Shown piece after piece: positions 25,211-37,500 of a stretch of 64,000 nt of DNA. Source of the stretch: Pristiophorus japonicus (lineage: Eukaryota); NCBI RefSeq assembly GCF_044704955.1, contig NC_092006.1, positions 5,394,001 to 5,458,000 of the forward strand, read 5' to 3'. The position numbers were made by a program, and so were the translations under genes. The notes below the pieces were generated by a model, which made no database searches, was not told the origin of the DNA, and worked only from the letters and a program-made list of their open reading frames with translations. The first letter of the stretch is position 1. Each line of letters starts with the position of its first letter.

Positions 25211-26672
25211 AAGAACATAAGAAACAGGAGCAGGAGTAGGCCATTCGGCCCCTCGAGCCTGCTCTGTCATTTAGTACGATCATGGCTGATCTGATCATGG
25301 ACTCAGCTCCACTTCCCTGCCCGCCCCCTTATTCCCTTATCGTTTAAGAAACTGTCTTAAATTTATTCAATGTCCCAGCTTCCACAGCTCTCTGAGGCAG
25401 CAAATTCCACAGATTTACAACCCTCTGAGAGAAGAAATTTCTCCTCATCTCAGTTTTAAATGGGCGGCCCCTTATTCTAAGACCATGCCCCCTAGTTCTA
25501 GTCTCTCCCATCAGTGGAAACATCCTCTCTGCATCCACCTTGTCAAGCCCCCTCATAATCTTATATGTTTCGATAAGATCACCTTTCATTCTTCTGAATT
25601 CCAATGAGTAGAGGCCCAACCTACTCAACCTTTCCTCATAAGTCAACCCCCTCATCCCCGGAATCAACTGAGTGAACCTTCTCTGAACTGCCTCCAAAGC
25701 AAGTATATCCTTTCGTAAATATGGAAACCAAAACTGCACGCAGTACTCCAGGTGTGGCCTCACCAATACCCTGTATAACTGTAGCAAGACTTCCCTGCTT
25801 TTATACTCCATCCCCTTTGCAATAAAGGCCAAGATTCCATTGGTCTTCCTGATCACTTGCTGTACCTGCATACTATCCTTTTGTGTTTCATGCACAAGTA
25901 CCCCCAGGTCCCGCTGTACTGCAGCACTTTGCAATCTTTCTCCATTTAAATAATAACTTGCTCTTTGATTTTTTTCTGCCAAAGTGCATGACTTCACACT
26001 TTCCAACATTATACTCCATCTGCCAAATTTTTGCCCACTCACTTAGCCTGTCTCTGTCCTTTTGCAGATTTTTTGTGTCCTCCTCACACATTGCTTTTCC
26101 TCCCATCTTTGTATCATCAGCAAACTTGGCTACATTACACTCAGTCCCTTCTTCCAAGTCATCAATCTAGATTCCAAGTCGCCAATACAACACTGATCCC
26201 TGCGGCACCCCCCCTAGATACAGATTGCCAATCTGAGAATGAACCATTTATCCCGACTCTCTGTTTTCTATTTGTTAGCCAATCCTCTATCCATGCTAAT
26301 ATATTGCCCCCAACCCCGTAAACTTTTATCTTGTGCAGTAACCTTTCATGTGGCACCTTGTCAAATGCCTTCTGGAAGTCCAAATACACCACATCCACTG
26401 GTTCCCCTTTATCCATCTTGTTCATTACATCCTAAAAGAATTCCAGCAAATTTGTCAAACATGACTTCCCCTTCATAAATCCATGCTGACTCTGCCTGAC
26501 CCAATTTTGCTTTTCCAAATGTCCTGCTACTGCTTCTTTAATAATGCACTCCAACATTTTCCCGACCACAGATGTTAGGCTAACTGGTCTATAGTTTCCT
26601 GCTTTTTGTCTGCCTCCTTTTTTAAATAGGGGCGTTACATTTGAAGTTTTCCAATCTGCTGGGACCTCTGCA
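25211..26672 (-). mobile_element. Degraded CR1-type LINE (RT half)
   Basis: Frameshifted RT ORFs 25344..26680. Present only in the left arm of the inversion. Confidence 0.85.
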
Positions 26673-29009
26673 GAATCCATTTATGAGTGACTGTCTTATA
26701 TCGATGGCCCCCTCGTTCTGGTCTTCTCCCTCAAGTTGGAAGCATCTCTATTGTGAGGCAGAAGTGGATATGATCCATTCAGACTTCCCTATAATGGTGG
26801 TGAGCACATATTTGAGGTATGGAGAACCCAGATGCAATGAAAATGGGTTAAGAATGTAAAAAAACACAAGATAAGGCCCGAGGACTGTGCAAGAAACAGA
26901 CCTGGGAAACATAGACATAGAAACACAGAAAATAGGTGCAGGAGCAGGCCATTCGACCCTTCGAGCCTGCACCACCATTCAATATGATCATGGCTGATCA
27001 TGCAACTTCAGTACCCCATTCCTGCTTTCTCTCCATACCCCCTTGATCCCTTTAGCCGTAAGGGCCACATCTAACTCCTTTTTGAATATATCCAACGAAC
27101 TGGCCTCAACAACTTTCTGTGGTAGAGAATTCCACAGGTTCACAATTCTCTGAGTGAAGAAGTTTCTCCTCATCTCGGTCCTAAATGGCTTATCCCTTAT
27201 CCTTAGACTGTGACCCCTGGTTCTGGACTTCCCCAACATCGGGAATATTCTTCCTGCATCTAGAATTGGCTTCGAAAAGGCGGATCCCAAACAATAGTGA
27301 GAGTTAATAACTAACTTTACTGCATGCATTTCTGTTCGAACTATAAACGAGGTCAGGTGTAATCGAATAAACAGGGCTCGACGATTTCTGGAGACTGGGG
27401 CAAACCGGGTTCAACTGGGTGCTGTCTGTAATACACGTGTCTTAATTTCCAGAATTATCCAGATAACCAATTATTCACACGAGTGAATCTAGGTAAATAA
27501 GATTAACTTGCAGCACAACTCATTGCAAAATCCGTCGTCGCCTTTGAGGATTGATGGAACTTTATGTCAGAATATATGGGTTTAAAAAGAACAAGTTATG
27601 CCAGAAAGCAGCAGTAAGGGTGTGTTACCAGCTATAATCCGCAAACTCTGTATAAAACGTTGAGGGGGCTTGGAACCAGAAAAGCCAGCGTGTTGCAGAC
27701 AATGTGCTGTCCCAGTATGGAGATCTGTGCTCCAATTTATTCTGTCCCAGGCCTCAAATCAGCAAATGGGCGGTTTGGTCACTCCTGGGAATCGCCACTT
27801 CTATCATCGCGGCATCCCCACCGACACCTGGGAGTCCCTGTGGCCAAAGACCGGTTCGCCCCAAGTGGAGGAAGTGCATCCGGGAGGGCGCTGAGCACCT
27901 CGAGTCTGGTCGCCGAGAGCGTGCAGAAACCAAGCGCAGGCAGCGGAAGGAGCGTGCGGCAAACCTGTCCCACCCTCCCCTTACCCTCAACCACTGTCTG
28001 TCCCACCCGTGACAGGGGACTGTGGCTCTCGTATTGGACTGTTCGGCCACCGAAGGACTCATGCTAAGAGTGGAAGCGAGTCTTCCTCGATTCCGAGGGT
28101 CTGCCGACGATGATGATTATATTGTAGGACAGCTCTGTCTTCTACGTCGATGTGTATGCGCGTCGTGCACAACGGTTGATTCACATCCGAATCATTGAAA
28201 GATTTGTTTGCCAGTGATATCAAGGGCTTTTATTTTGCACTGGAAGTTGAGAATAAATGGACCTGAAACGGGAAGTTCTACTGACAGCACTGCGGTATAG
28301 CGCCGGCTAGCGATGAAATTGATGTTGTGCAACCCCCCCCCCAAAGGCCAGTTATCGCACTCAGTACCCCAGGGTGAGAGGTTCCTTGGGTATTTGACGA
28401 TCCGGACATTTCTTTGGCCAGTACCGCGCGGACCCACTAATTCAAGAGGACTGGCGGGTCAGTGCTCAGTTGAAATCTGATAACCCCCACACAACAGAGA
28501 AATGCAGTTCATTGCAGGGGTCCCGCAAATAACCCATCTTTTAGCACCAGGAGGAGGCCATTCAGCCCCTCGAGCCTGCGGTTCCATTCAGTTAGCTCAT
28601 GGGCTGATCTGTATCTTAACCCCATCCACCTGCCTTGGTCCCGTAACCCTGAATACCCTTACCCAACAAATAGCTATCCATCTTAGTTTTGACATTTTAC
28701 AATTGCCCCCTCGCGCCCCCCCCCAGCCTCGACAGCTTTCTGAGGGAGAGAGTTCCACATTGCCACTACCCTTTGTGTGAAGAAGGGCTTCCTGACATCA
28801 ACCCTCAATGGCCTGGCTCTAATTTTAAGGTGACATCCCCTTGTTCTGGACTCCCCCCACCAAGAGGCCATAGTTTCTCTCAATCTACCCCCTCAACTCC
28901 TTCAATCATCTTAAATACTTCAAATAGATCATTCCTTGATCTTCTATATTCAAGAGAATTCAAGCCTCGTCCATGCAAACGGTCCTCACAATTGAACTCT
29001 TTCCCATAG

Positions 29010-29660
29010 TGTCAGCTGTGGTTGTGGGTAGCACACTCGTCTCAGAGTCAGAAGGTCATCGGTTCAAGTCCCACTCCAGGAACTTGAGCATATAAATCCA
29101 GGATGGCACTCCCAGTGCAGTGCTGAGGGAGCGCCGCACTGTCGGAGGGGCGGTGCTGAGGGAGCGCCGCACTGTCGGAGGGGCGGTGCTGAGGGAGCGC
29201 CGCACTGTCGGAGGGGCGGTGCTGAGGGAGCGCCGCACTGTCGGAGGGGCAGTGCTGAGGGCGCGCCGCACTGTCGGAGGGTCCGTACTGAGGGAGTGCC
29301 GCATTGTCATAGGGACGATACTGAGGGAGCGCCGCACTGTCGGAGGTGCTGTCTTTCAGATGAGACATTTAAACCGAGGCCCTGTCTGCCCTCTCAAGTG
29401 GATGTAAAAGATCCCATGGCACTATTTCGAAGAAGAGTAGGGGAGTTATCTCTGGTTCTTGGCCAATATTTATCCCTCAATCTACAAAGCAGATGATCTG
29501 GGTCATTATCACATTGCTGTGTGTGGGAGCTTGCTGTGCGCAAATTCAGCTGCCGCGTTTCTCACATTACAACAGTAACTATACTCCAAAAGTACTTCAT
29601 TGCTGTAAAGCGCAGTTTGAGACATCCAGTGGTCATGAAAGGCGCTCTATAACTGCAATG
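29010..29660 (+). mobile_element. Deu-domain tRNA SINE with 33-bp repeats
   Basis: tRNA head, repeat array, conserved core. Partial copies at ~9500-9790 and 38485-38860. Confidence 0.75.
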
Positions 29661-31506
29661 GTTTTCTTCTTTCTAGCCCCTGCATAATGTATCTGTTTAA
29701 GTCTCAAATGAGGTACTGTATACTGGGATTACTCCAACCCCGGTAGATTTCTCTATTTGAACTAACCGGAACTACGCGTGAGTTGGATAAAATTTACCAA
29801 AGATATTTGATAGCATTCCATTGCTACCACAAGTCACACACCACCTCGGGATTTCCGGATCTGCTTTACAGCCAACGGAGCAACATTTTCAAGTGTGGTC
29901 ACTGGTGCAATGTCGGGACACGCGGCCAATTTCCGCACAGCAAGCTCCCACAAACTCACGCTTACCAAAAGAAAATCACTAAACTGGCTGTAAAGCGCGT
30001 TGGGACGTCCTGATGTCGTGAAAGGCACTATATAAATTCCCTAAATTAAGAAGTGTGGGTTATAGACAGGCCCCAGTCTCTAGAACTTGTCGGTCCCTGT
30101 TTACCGATTACACCTAGTTCGAACAGAAATGCACACAGTAAAGTTAGTTATTTATTCTCAATATTGTTTCCGATCCTCCTTTTCTAAGAGGAGCCAATTC
30201 TAGTTCTCGGGTCTGTTTCTTGCACAGTCCTCGGGCCTTATCTTGTGTGTTTTTACATTCTTAACACGTCTACATTACATCTGACTTCTCCATACCTCAA
30301 ATATGTGCTCACCCCCCACCCCGTTATAGAGAAGGCTGTATGGATCCTATCCACTACCGTCTCACAATAGAGATGTTTCCACTTGTGGGAGAGCCTAGAT
30401 CTAGGGGGCCATCACTATACGACAGTCACCCATAAATCCAATGGGGAATTCAGGAGAAACTTCATCACCCAGAAAATGGGGAGAATGTGGAACTCGCTGC
30501 CAAAGGGAGGGGTTGAAACATAGAATCATAGAAAATAGGTGCAGGAACAGGCCATTCGGCCCTTTGAACCTGCACCACCATTCAATATGATCATGGCTGA
30601 TCATGCAACTTCAGTACCCCATTCCTGCTTTCTCTCCATACCCCCTTGATCCCTTCAGCCGTAAGGACCACATCTAACTCCCTTTTGAATATATCCAACG
30701 AACTGGCCTCAACAACTCTCTGCAGGAGAGACTTCCACAGGTTCACAATTCTCTGAGTGAAGATGTTTCTCCTCATCTCGGTCCTAGATGGCTTACCCCT
30801 TATCCTGAGAGTGTGACCCCTGGTTCTGGACTTCCCCAACATCGGGAACATTCTTCCTGCATCTACCCGGTCCAATCCCGGCAGAATCTGAGGCGAATAG
30901 TATCGATGCATTTAAGGGGAGGCTGGATCAACACATGAGGGAGAAAGGAATAGAAGGATATGGGGATGGGGTGAGATGGAGAGTGGTGGGAGGGGCTGGT
31001 GTGGAGCATAAACCCCGGCACGGAGCGGTGGGGCTGAATGATCTGTTTCTGTGATGTACATTCTCTCTAATTTTCGAGAGAAAAGTGCCCCAGTCTGTTG
31101 AGCCTTTCCTGATCAGTATAACCTCTCTCAATTCTGGTGTCATCTTTCTGAATCTTGTTTACACCCGCTCCAGTGCCTCTATATTCTTTTGAAAGATGGA
31201 GACCAGAACCGTGCGCAGTGCTCCAAGTGTGGTCAAACTAACATGCGTAGAGACGAGGTGCCTTCTGTAACACAGATGGTGTGTGTGTGTTTTATCTCTT
31301 TACCTGTAAAAACAGGAAACCCACACAGAGCTTTCTGCCTTGGCACTATTTTGCAGCCCAAATCGTACATTTATTAATAAACACAGTGCGTGCTTACCAC
31401 AATTGGCTCGGCATTTCACACCAGCCTCGCACCGACCTGCTGACAAGCATTCCTCCCTGAGCTGCCAGTCCCAGCATCAGAGTTCAACCCTCCTGGGGCA
31501 GTGATA

Positions 31507-31549
31507 ATGAGCTTCTGTGGCCTCTGTGTGCTGTTCCATCTCTTCCAAG
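31507..31549 (+). CDS. Gene C leader exon
   Basis: [14 protein letters not shown] with donor G|GTGAG. Confidence 0.78.
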
Positions 31550-34500
31550 GTGAGATAGCCTTCGATGTTTTGCCAGAGTGGGGAAGGGGTTAGGAGAGAG
31601 TCAACCAAGGGAAGGGTTTTGGAGCGAATTAATAAGGAAAAGGGTTTTGGAGAGAATTAATAAGGTGAAGGGTTTTGGAGGGAATTAATAAGGAGAAGGG
31701 TTTTGGATAGAATTAATGAGGAGAAGGGTTTTGGAGAGAATTAAAAAGGAGAAGGGTTTTGGAGGGAATTAATAAGGAGAAGGGTTTTGGAGAGAATTAA
31801 AAAGGAGAAGGGTTTTGGAGGGAATTAATAAGGAGAAGGGTTTTGGATAGAATTAATAAGGAGAAGGGTTTTGGAGAGAATTAAAAAGGAGAAGGGTTTT
31901 GGAGGGAATTAATAAGGAGAAGGGTTTTGGATAGAATTAATGAGGAGAAGGGTTTTGGAGAGAATTAATAAGGAGAAGGGTTTTGGATACAATTAATCAG
32001 GAGAAGGGTTTTGGATAGATTTAATAATGAGAAGGGTTTTGGATAGAATTAATAAGGAGAAGGGTTTTGGAGAGAATTAATAAGGAGAAGAGTTTGGATA
32101 GATTTAATAATGAGAAAGGTTTTGGATAGAATTAATAAGGAGAAGGGTTTTGGAGAGAATTAATAAGGAGAAGGGTTTTGGAGAGAATTAATAACGAGAA
32201 GGGTTTTGGAGAGAATTAATAAGGAGAAGGGTTTTGAATAGATTTAATAATGAGAAGGGTTTTGGATAGAATTAATAATGAGAAGGGTTTTGGATAGAAT
32301 TAATAATGAGAAGAGTTTGGATAGATTTAATAATGAGAAAGGTTTTGGATAGAATTAATAAGGAGAAGGGTTTTGGAGAGAATTAATAAGGAGAAGGGTT
32401 TTGGATACAATTAATAAGGAGAAGGGTTTTGGATACAATTAATAAGGAGAAGGGTTTTGGATAGAATTAATAAGGAGACGAGTTTGGATAGATTTAATAA
32501 TGAGAAAGGTTTTGGATAGAATTAATAAGGAGAAGGGTTTTGGATACAATTAATAAGGAGAAGGGTTTTGGATAGATTTAATAATGAGAAGGGTTTTGGA
32601 TAGAATTAATAAGGAGAAGGGTTTTGGAGAGAATTAATAAGGAGAAGGGTTTTGGAGAGAATTAATAAGGAGAAGGGTTTTGAATAGATTTAATAATGAG
32701 AAGGGTTTTGGATAGAATTAATAAGGAGAAGGGTTTTGGATAGAATTAATAAGGAGAAGGGTTTTGGAGAGAATTAATAAGGAGAAGGGTTTTGGATAGA
32801 ATTAATCAGGAGAAGGTTTTGGAGAGAATTAATAAGGAGAAGGGTTTTGGAGAGAATTAATGAGGGGAAGGTTTTGGAGAGAGTTAATAAGGAGGAGGGT
32901 TTTGGAAAGCATTAATAAGGAGAAGGGATTTGGAGAGAATTAATAAGGAGAAGGGTTTTGGATAGAATTAATAATGAGAAGGTGTTTTGGATAGAATTAA
33001 TAATGAGAACGGTTTTGGATAGAATTAATAAGGAGAAGGGTTTTGGAGAGAATTAATAAGGAGAAGGGTTTTGGCTAGATTTAATAATGAGAAGGGTTTT
33101 GGATAGAATTAATAATGAGAAGGGTTTTGGAGAGAATTAATAAGGAGAAGGTGTTTTGGATAGAATTAATAATGAGAACGGTTTTGGATAGAATTAATAA
33201 GGAGAAGGGTTTTGGAAAGAATTAATAAGGAGAAGGGTTTTGGAGAGAATTAATAATGAGAACGGTTTTGGATAGAATTAATAATGAGAAGGGTTTTGGA
33301 TAGAATTAATAAGGAGAAGGATTTTGGAAAGAATTAATAAGGAGAAGGGTTTTGGATAGATTTAATAAGGAGAAGGGTTTTGGATAGATTTAATAAGGAG
33401 AAGGGTTTTGGATAGAATTAATAATGAGAAGGGTTTTGGATAGAATTAATAAGGAGACGGGTTTTGGATAGAATTAATAAGGAGAAGGTTTCCGATCGAG
33501 TAAAGAAGGAGAGATTGTTTCCAGTGGGAGGAGGGTGGGTAAGCAGAGGACACATGTTTGAGATAATCGGTAACAGAACCAGAGGGGGAGTTCAGGACGT
33601 GATTTCAAGCCCTGGGAGCTTGTGCTCGGGAACGCGCTGCCTGAAAGGGGCACTGGGAGCAGATGAAAAAGTGACTTTCAAACGGGGGAATTGGATAAAT
33701 ATTTGGAAAGGAGGCAATATGCCGGGCTGTGGGGAAAGAGCAGGGGCGGAGTGGGAATGATTGAGTCGCTCTGTCACAGAGCCGGCACAACACAGGTTTG
33801 ATGGGCCGAATGGCCTCCTGTGTTGCATCGTTCGATGATACACAAGTTTGCGTTTAACTATAATTTTTTTAAGAAGCAGCTTAGATATTGGGCAAAGTAT
33901 AAAGGTGTGCGGGCTTCGCTCAATACCGATCGCGCGACTTTGGAGCCGAACATTGTGATGGGTGAGTGGAAGCGAATGTGACACTGAACTGCCCCCTAAC
34001 TGAGATAAAGATGTCAGTGAACTCCGGTATTTGAAGGCGAGGGTCTGCCGTTGGGAGAGGGGGGCCTGTCTAGTGGAATTAGTGAGAAAGCTATCGCCCC
34101 ATTTTAACATAATCAAGCGCCCCCCGGTCCCCAACCCCTGGAGAGATGGATTGGAGAGCCGGGTTAGACCAGGGGGAAGCATAATCGGTTTGGGAGAAGG
34201 CTTTTGCAATCTTAACTGCAGCCAGTCGCCATGGTGCTCGCCAATGATTGGAGCGGATTTCACAGCGAACGGACTCGGACTGTGCGCCTGTGGGAATTGC
34301 GGGCGGAGAGGCGCAATTTAACGGTGCGCAGCGCGGCGGAATTTCCCACACGCGCTCCCGACGCGCCAGTGGAGGGGAATTTGAGATGTGTCGGTATCCA
34401 GGGTGACTCGGGGGCCTATAACCTGTTGTTAATATTGTGTTTTTTTAATTTTTGTGTCCCCCCCCCCGCAACCTTGTCTCAGCTGTCGTGTCTCAGGCGG

Positions 34501-37500
34501 TCTTGAGCCAATTTCCGGCGCTGCTAACGGCCGATGTCGGGAGCCTGGTCAAACTGCAATGCCAGTCCGGGAGGCTGGCCCCGGGCATCGTTTACTGGTA
34601 CACACACTGGCCCCGAGAGGGCATGCGGCTCGTTTACAAAACCGGACGGTTCGTGACGCCCGGGGGAAGATTTTCCGGCGAGGTATGCAAGCAATCGGGG
34701 AATTATTCGCTGGTCATTGACAATGTCCAGAGGAACGATTCTGGGCGGTATTACTGCGCTGCTCCAAACGCCGGGAATCGGACCCTGATATTCGGGACTG
34801 GCACCACGCTGGTGATCACAGGTAATCCCACACGCCCATCCAATTGTGCGTCGAGACACCAATTCAAACCTGCCTTGTGCGCCTGGTTAATTCCAATTTC
34901 CCTTCCATCTAGCGGGCCCCCCGGTCCTCTTCCTCTTAACGCCGCCGCCGGCTGAGATTCCCCGGCTGGAGAGGGTGCCCTTGATGTGTCTGGTGCGGGG
35001 CGCTGCTCCTGACTCCTCCCCCATCCGCTGGCTGGTTGCGGGACGGGCCGCCGAGGGACGGAGCGAGCCCGGGACGCTGGAGCCGGACGGGAGCTATACC
35101 GCCAGAAGCGTCCTGAGCGTCTCGGCCGAAACCTGGCGCAGCGGCGCCGTCTGCACTTGCACCGTTCCGATCAACGCCACCGGGGATCTCCTGAGTGAAA
35201 GCGTCGCGTCTCCGGGAGGTAACTGGAGCTACTGGCGGTTTGCCAAATAGTTAGTGATAATAATGTTCATTATAGTATTGCTGGGATGTGAGGGTTTTTT
35301 TTGCACGAGAGATTGTGTAGAATGGGCCTATGTTCTCTGGAGTTTCGTATAAGATGATGAGGGGGCTTGACAAGCTGGATGCAGAGAGGATGTTTCCACT
35401 GATGGGGGAGTCTAGAACTAGAGGGCATAATCTCAGAATAAGGGGCCGCCCATTTAAAACTGAGATGAGGAGGAATTTCTTCTCTGAGGGTTGTAAATCT
35501 GTGGAATTCGCTGCCTCAGAGAGCTGTGGAAGCCGGGACATTGAGTAAATTTACGATAGAAATAGACAGTTTCTTAACTGATAAGTAATTAAGGGGTTAT
35601 GGGGAGCGGGCAGGGAAGTGGAGCTGAGTCCATGATCGGATCAGCCATGATCGTATTGAATGGCGGAGCAGGCTCGAGGGGCCGAATGGCCGACTCCTGC
35701 TCCTATTTCTTATGTTCTTATGGAGTTTCGAAGAAGGAGAGGTGATCTCATTGAAACGTACAAGACTCTGAGGGGGATTGACAGGGTGGATGCAGGGAGG
35801 GTGTTTCCCCCCGGGGCTGGGGAGTCTAGAACCAGGGGTCACACAGTCTCAGGGTAAGGGGTTGGCCATTTAAGACTAAGATGGGGAGAACGTTCTTCAC
35901 TTGCGATTTACTACGTTACAGGCGCTATATAAATATAAGTTGTTGTATATTGGGAGCACTAGTATGGAAAAGTAGTATTTTATAAATGACATGAGTTTGG
36001 AAAACAGCGAGACAGAGAGAGACCATATACACAAACCTGTAAATGTGGGAAGGGCAGGTTGGCGAGCTGGTTAAACTGGCTTACGGGGTACTTGAATTTA
36101 TATAAGGAGATATTGGAACAGTTGACCAAAAGCTTGGTCAAAGAGGGAGGTTTTACAGAAGGAGGAGAGGCGGAGAGGTTTAGGGAGAGAGTTCCAGAGC
36201 TTGGGGCCCCAGGCAGCTGAAGGCACGGCCACCAATGGTGGAGCGATAGAAATCGGGGGGAATGCTCAAGAGGCCAGGATTGGAAGAGCGCAGAGATCAC
36301 AGCCACTTACGTTGAGACAGTTCATAGTTCGTCACCATGTCTTTGATGATTCGGGCCAAAAACCAGCTTCAAACCCTCAGCGGACGAGGTTTCAGAATTT
36401 GACTGAATTATTTTGTGTTTCGCTCATTTCACAAGAGTTGTCTTTCTGCCGTTCAGAGCCCCTTCACAGCTCGACCTGCCGCTTCGCGCTTTATGCCAGC
36501 CTGGCGATGGCTCCTCTTGTGATGGGGTTGATCGGTGTCGCGGTGGCACGGCGTGGCAAGACTCGCCAACCAGGTACTGCCCGTCTGAGCCAAACCCTCA
36601 ATTTCGCCTTTAGCTGAACCTCTCCCTTTGGCGTGCCGGCCTGGACATTAACGCCAGTCATCTTCTTAAACCTAGAGAGTGCAGCCACGACTGACCGAGG
36701 TACCGCTTCAAGAATAAAGAAAGCAGAAGAGGAGGTAGGTGCCACAAAGATGGGAGATGTTATTTTCATTAAAGAGCGGGGGGCGGGACTAATTGGATCA
36801 TGCTTTCAAAGAGCCGACACAAGCTCGAAGGGCCAACTAGCCTCCTTCTGTGCTGTAAGATTCTATACTGGTGTCAAGTGTTTCATTGGTGTCCATGGAC
36901 ATGTCCGTTGTCAGTAACTTCAATGAGACATTCACATTAATACACTTGTGCCTCTCTCAGAAACAACCCAAAGCTATTCACCTGCAATGAATTGCATAAG
37001 AACATAAGAACATAAGAATTAGGAACAGGAGTAGGCCATCTAGCCCCTCAAGCCTGCTCCACCATTCAACAAGACCATGGCTGATCTGGACGTGGACTCA
37101 GCTCCACTTACCCGCCCGCTCCCGTAACCCTTAATTCCCTTATTGGTTAAAAATCTATCTATCTGTGACTTGAATGCATTCAATGAGCTAGCCTCAACTG
37201 CTTCCTTGGGCAGAGAATTCCACAGATTCACAACCCTCTGGGAGAAGAAATTCCTTCTCAACTCGGTTTTAAATTGGCTCCCCCGTATTTTGAGGCTGTG
37301 CCCCCTAGTTCTAGTCTCCCCGACCAGTGGAAACAAACTCTCTGCCTCTATCTTGTCTATCCCTTTCATTATTTTAAATGTTTCTAGAAGATCACCCCTC
37401 ATCCTTCTGAACTCCAACGAGTAAAGACCCAGTCTACTCAATCTATCATCATAAGGTCACCCCCTCATCTCCGGAATCAGCCGAGTGAATCGTCTCTGTA

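Larger units (their letters stand above)
19581..35226. repeat. Large inverted duplication (arms ~19581-27400 and ~30060-35226)
   Basis: Reverse-complement match of the C1, VJ, introns, 28-bp array, leader and promoter. Mirrored ORFs appear in the track, e.g. 20821..21213 vs 33592..34263 and 24640..24966 vs 31189..31377. Confidence 0.92.

Noticed and set aside
29010-29090. tRNA-like sequences (also ~1045-1118 and 11945-12020)
   Set aside because: These are SINE heads followed by SINE body sequence, not tRNA genes.
31382-31388. CACAGTG heptamer upstream of the gene C leader (mirrored near gene B) as an RSS
   Set aside because: No ACAAAAACC-like nonamer at 12- or 23-nt spacing, and it does not flank a V or J segment.
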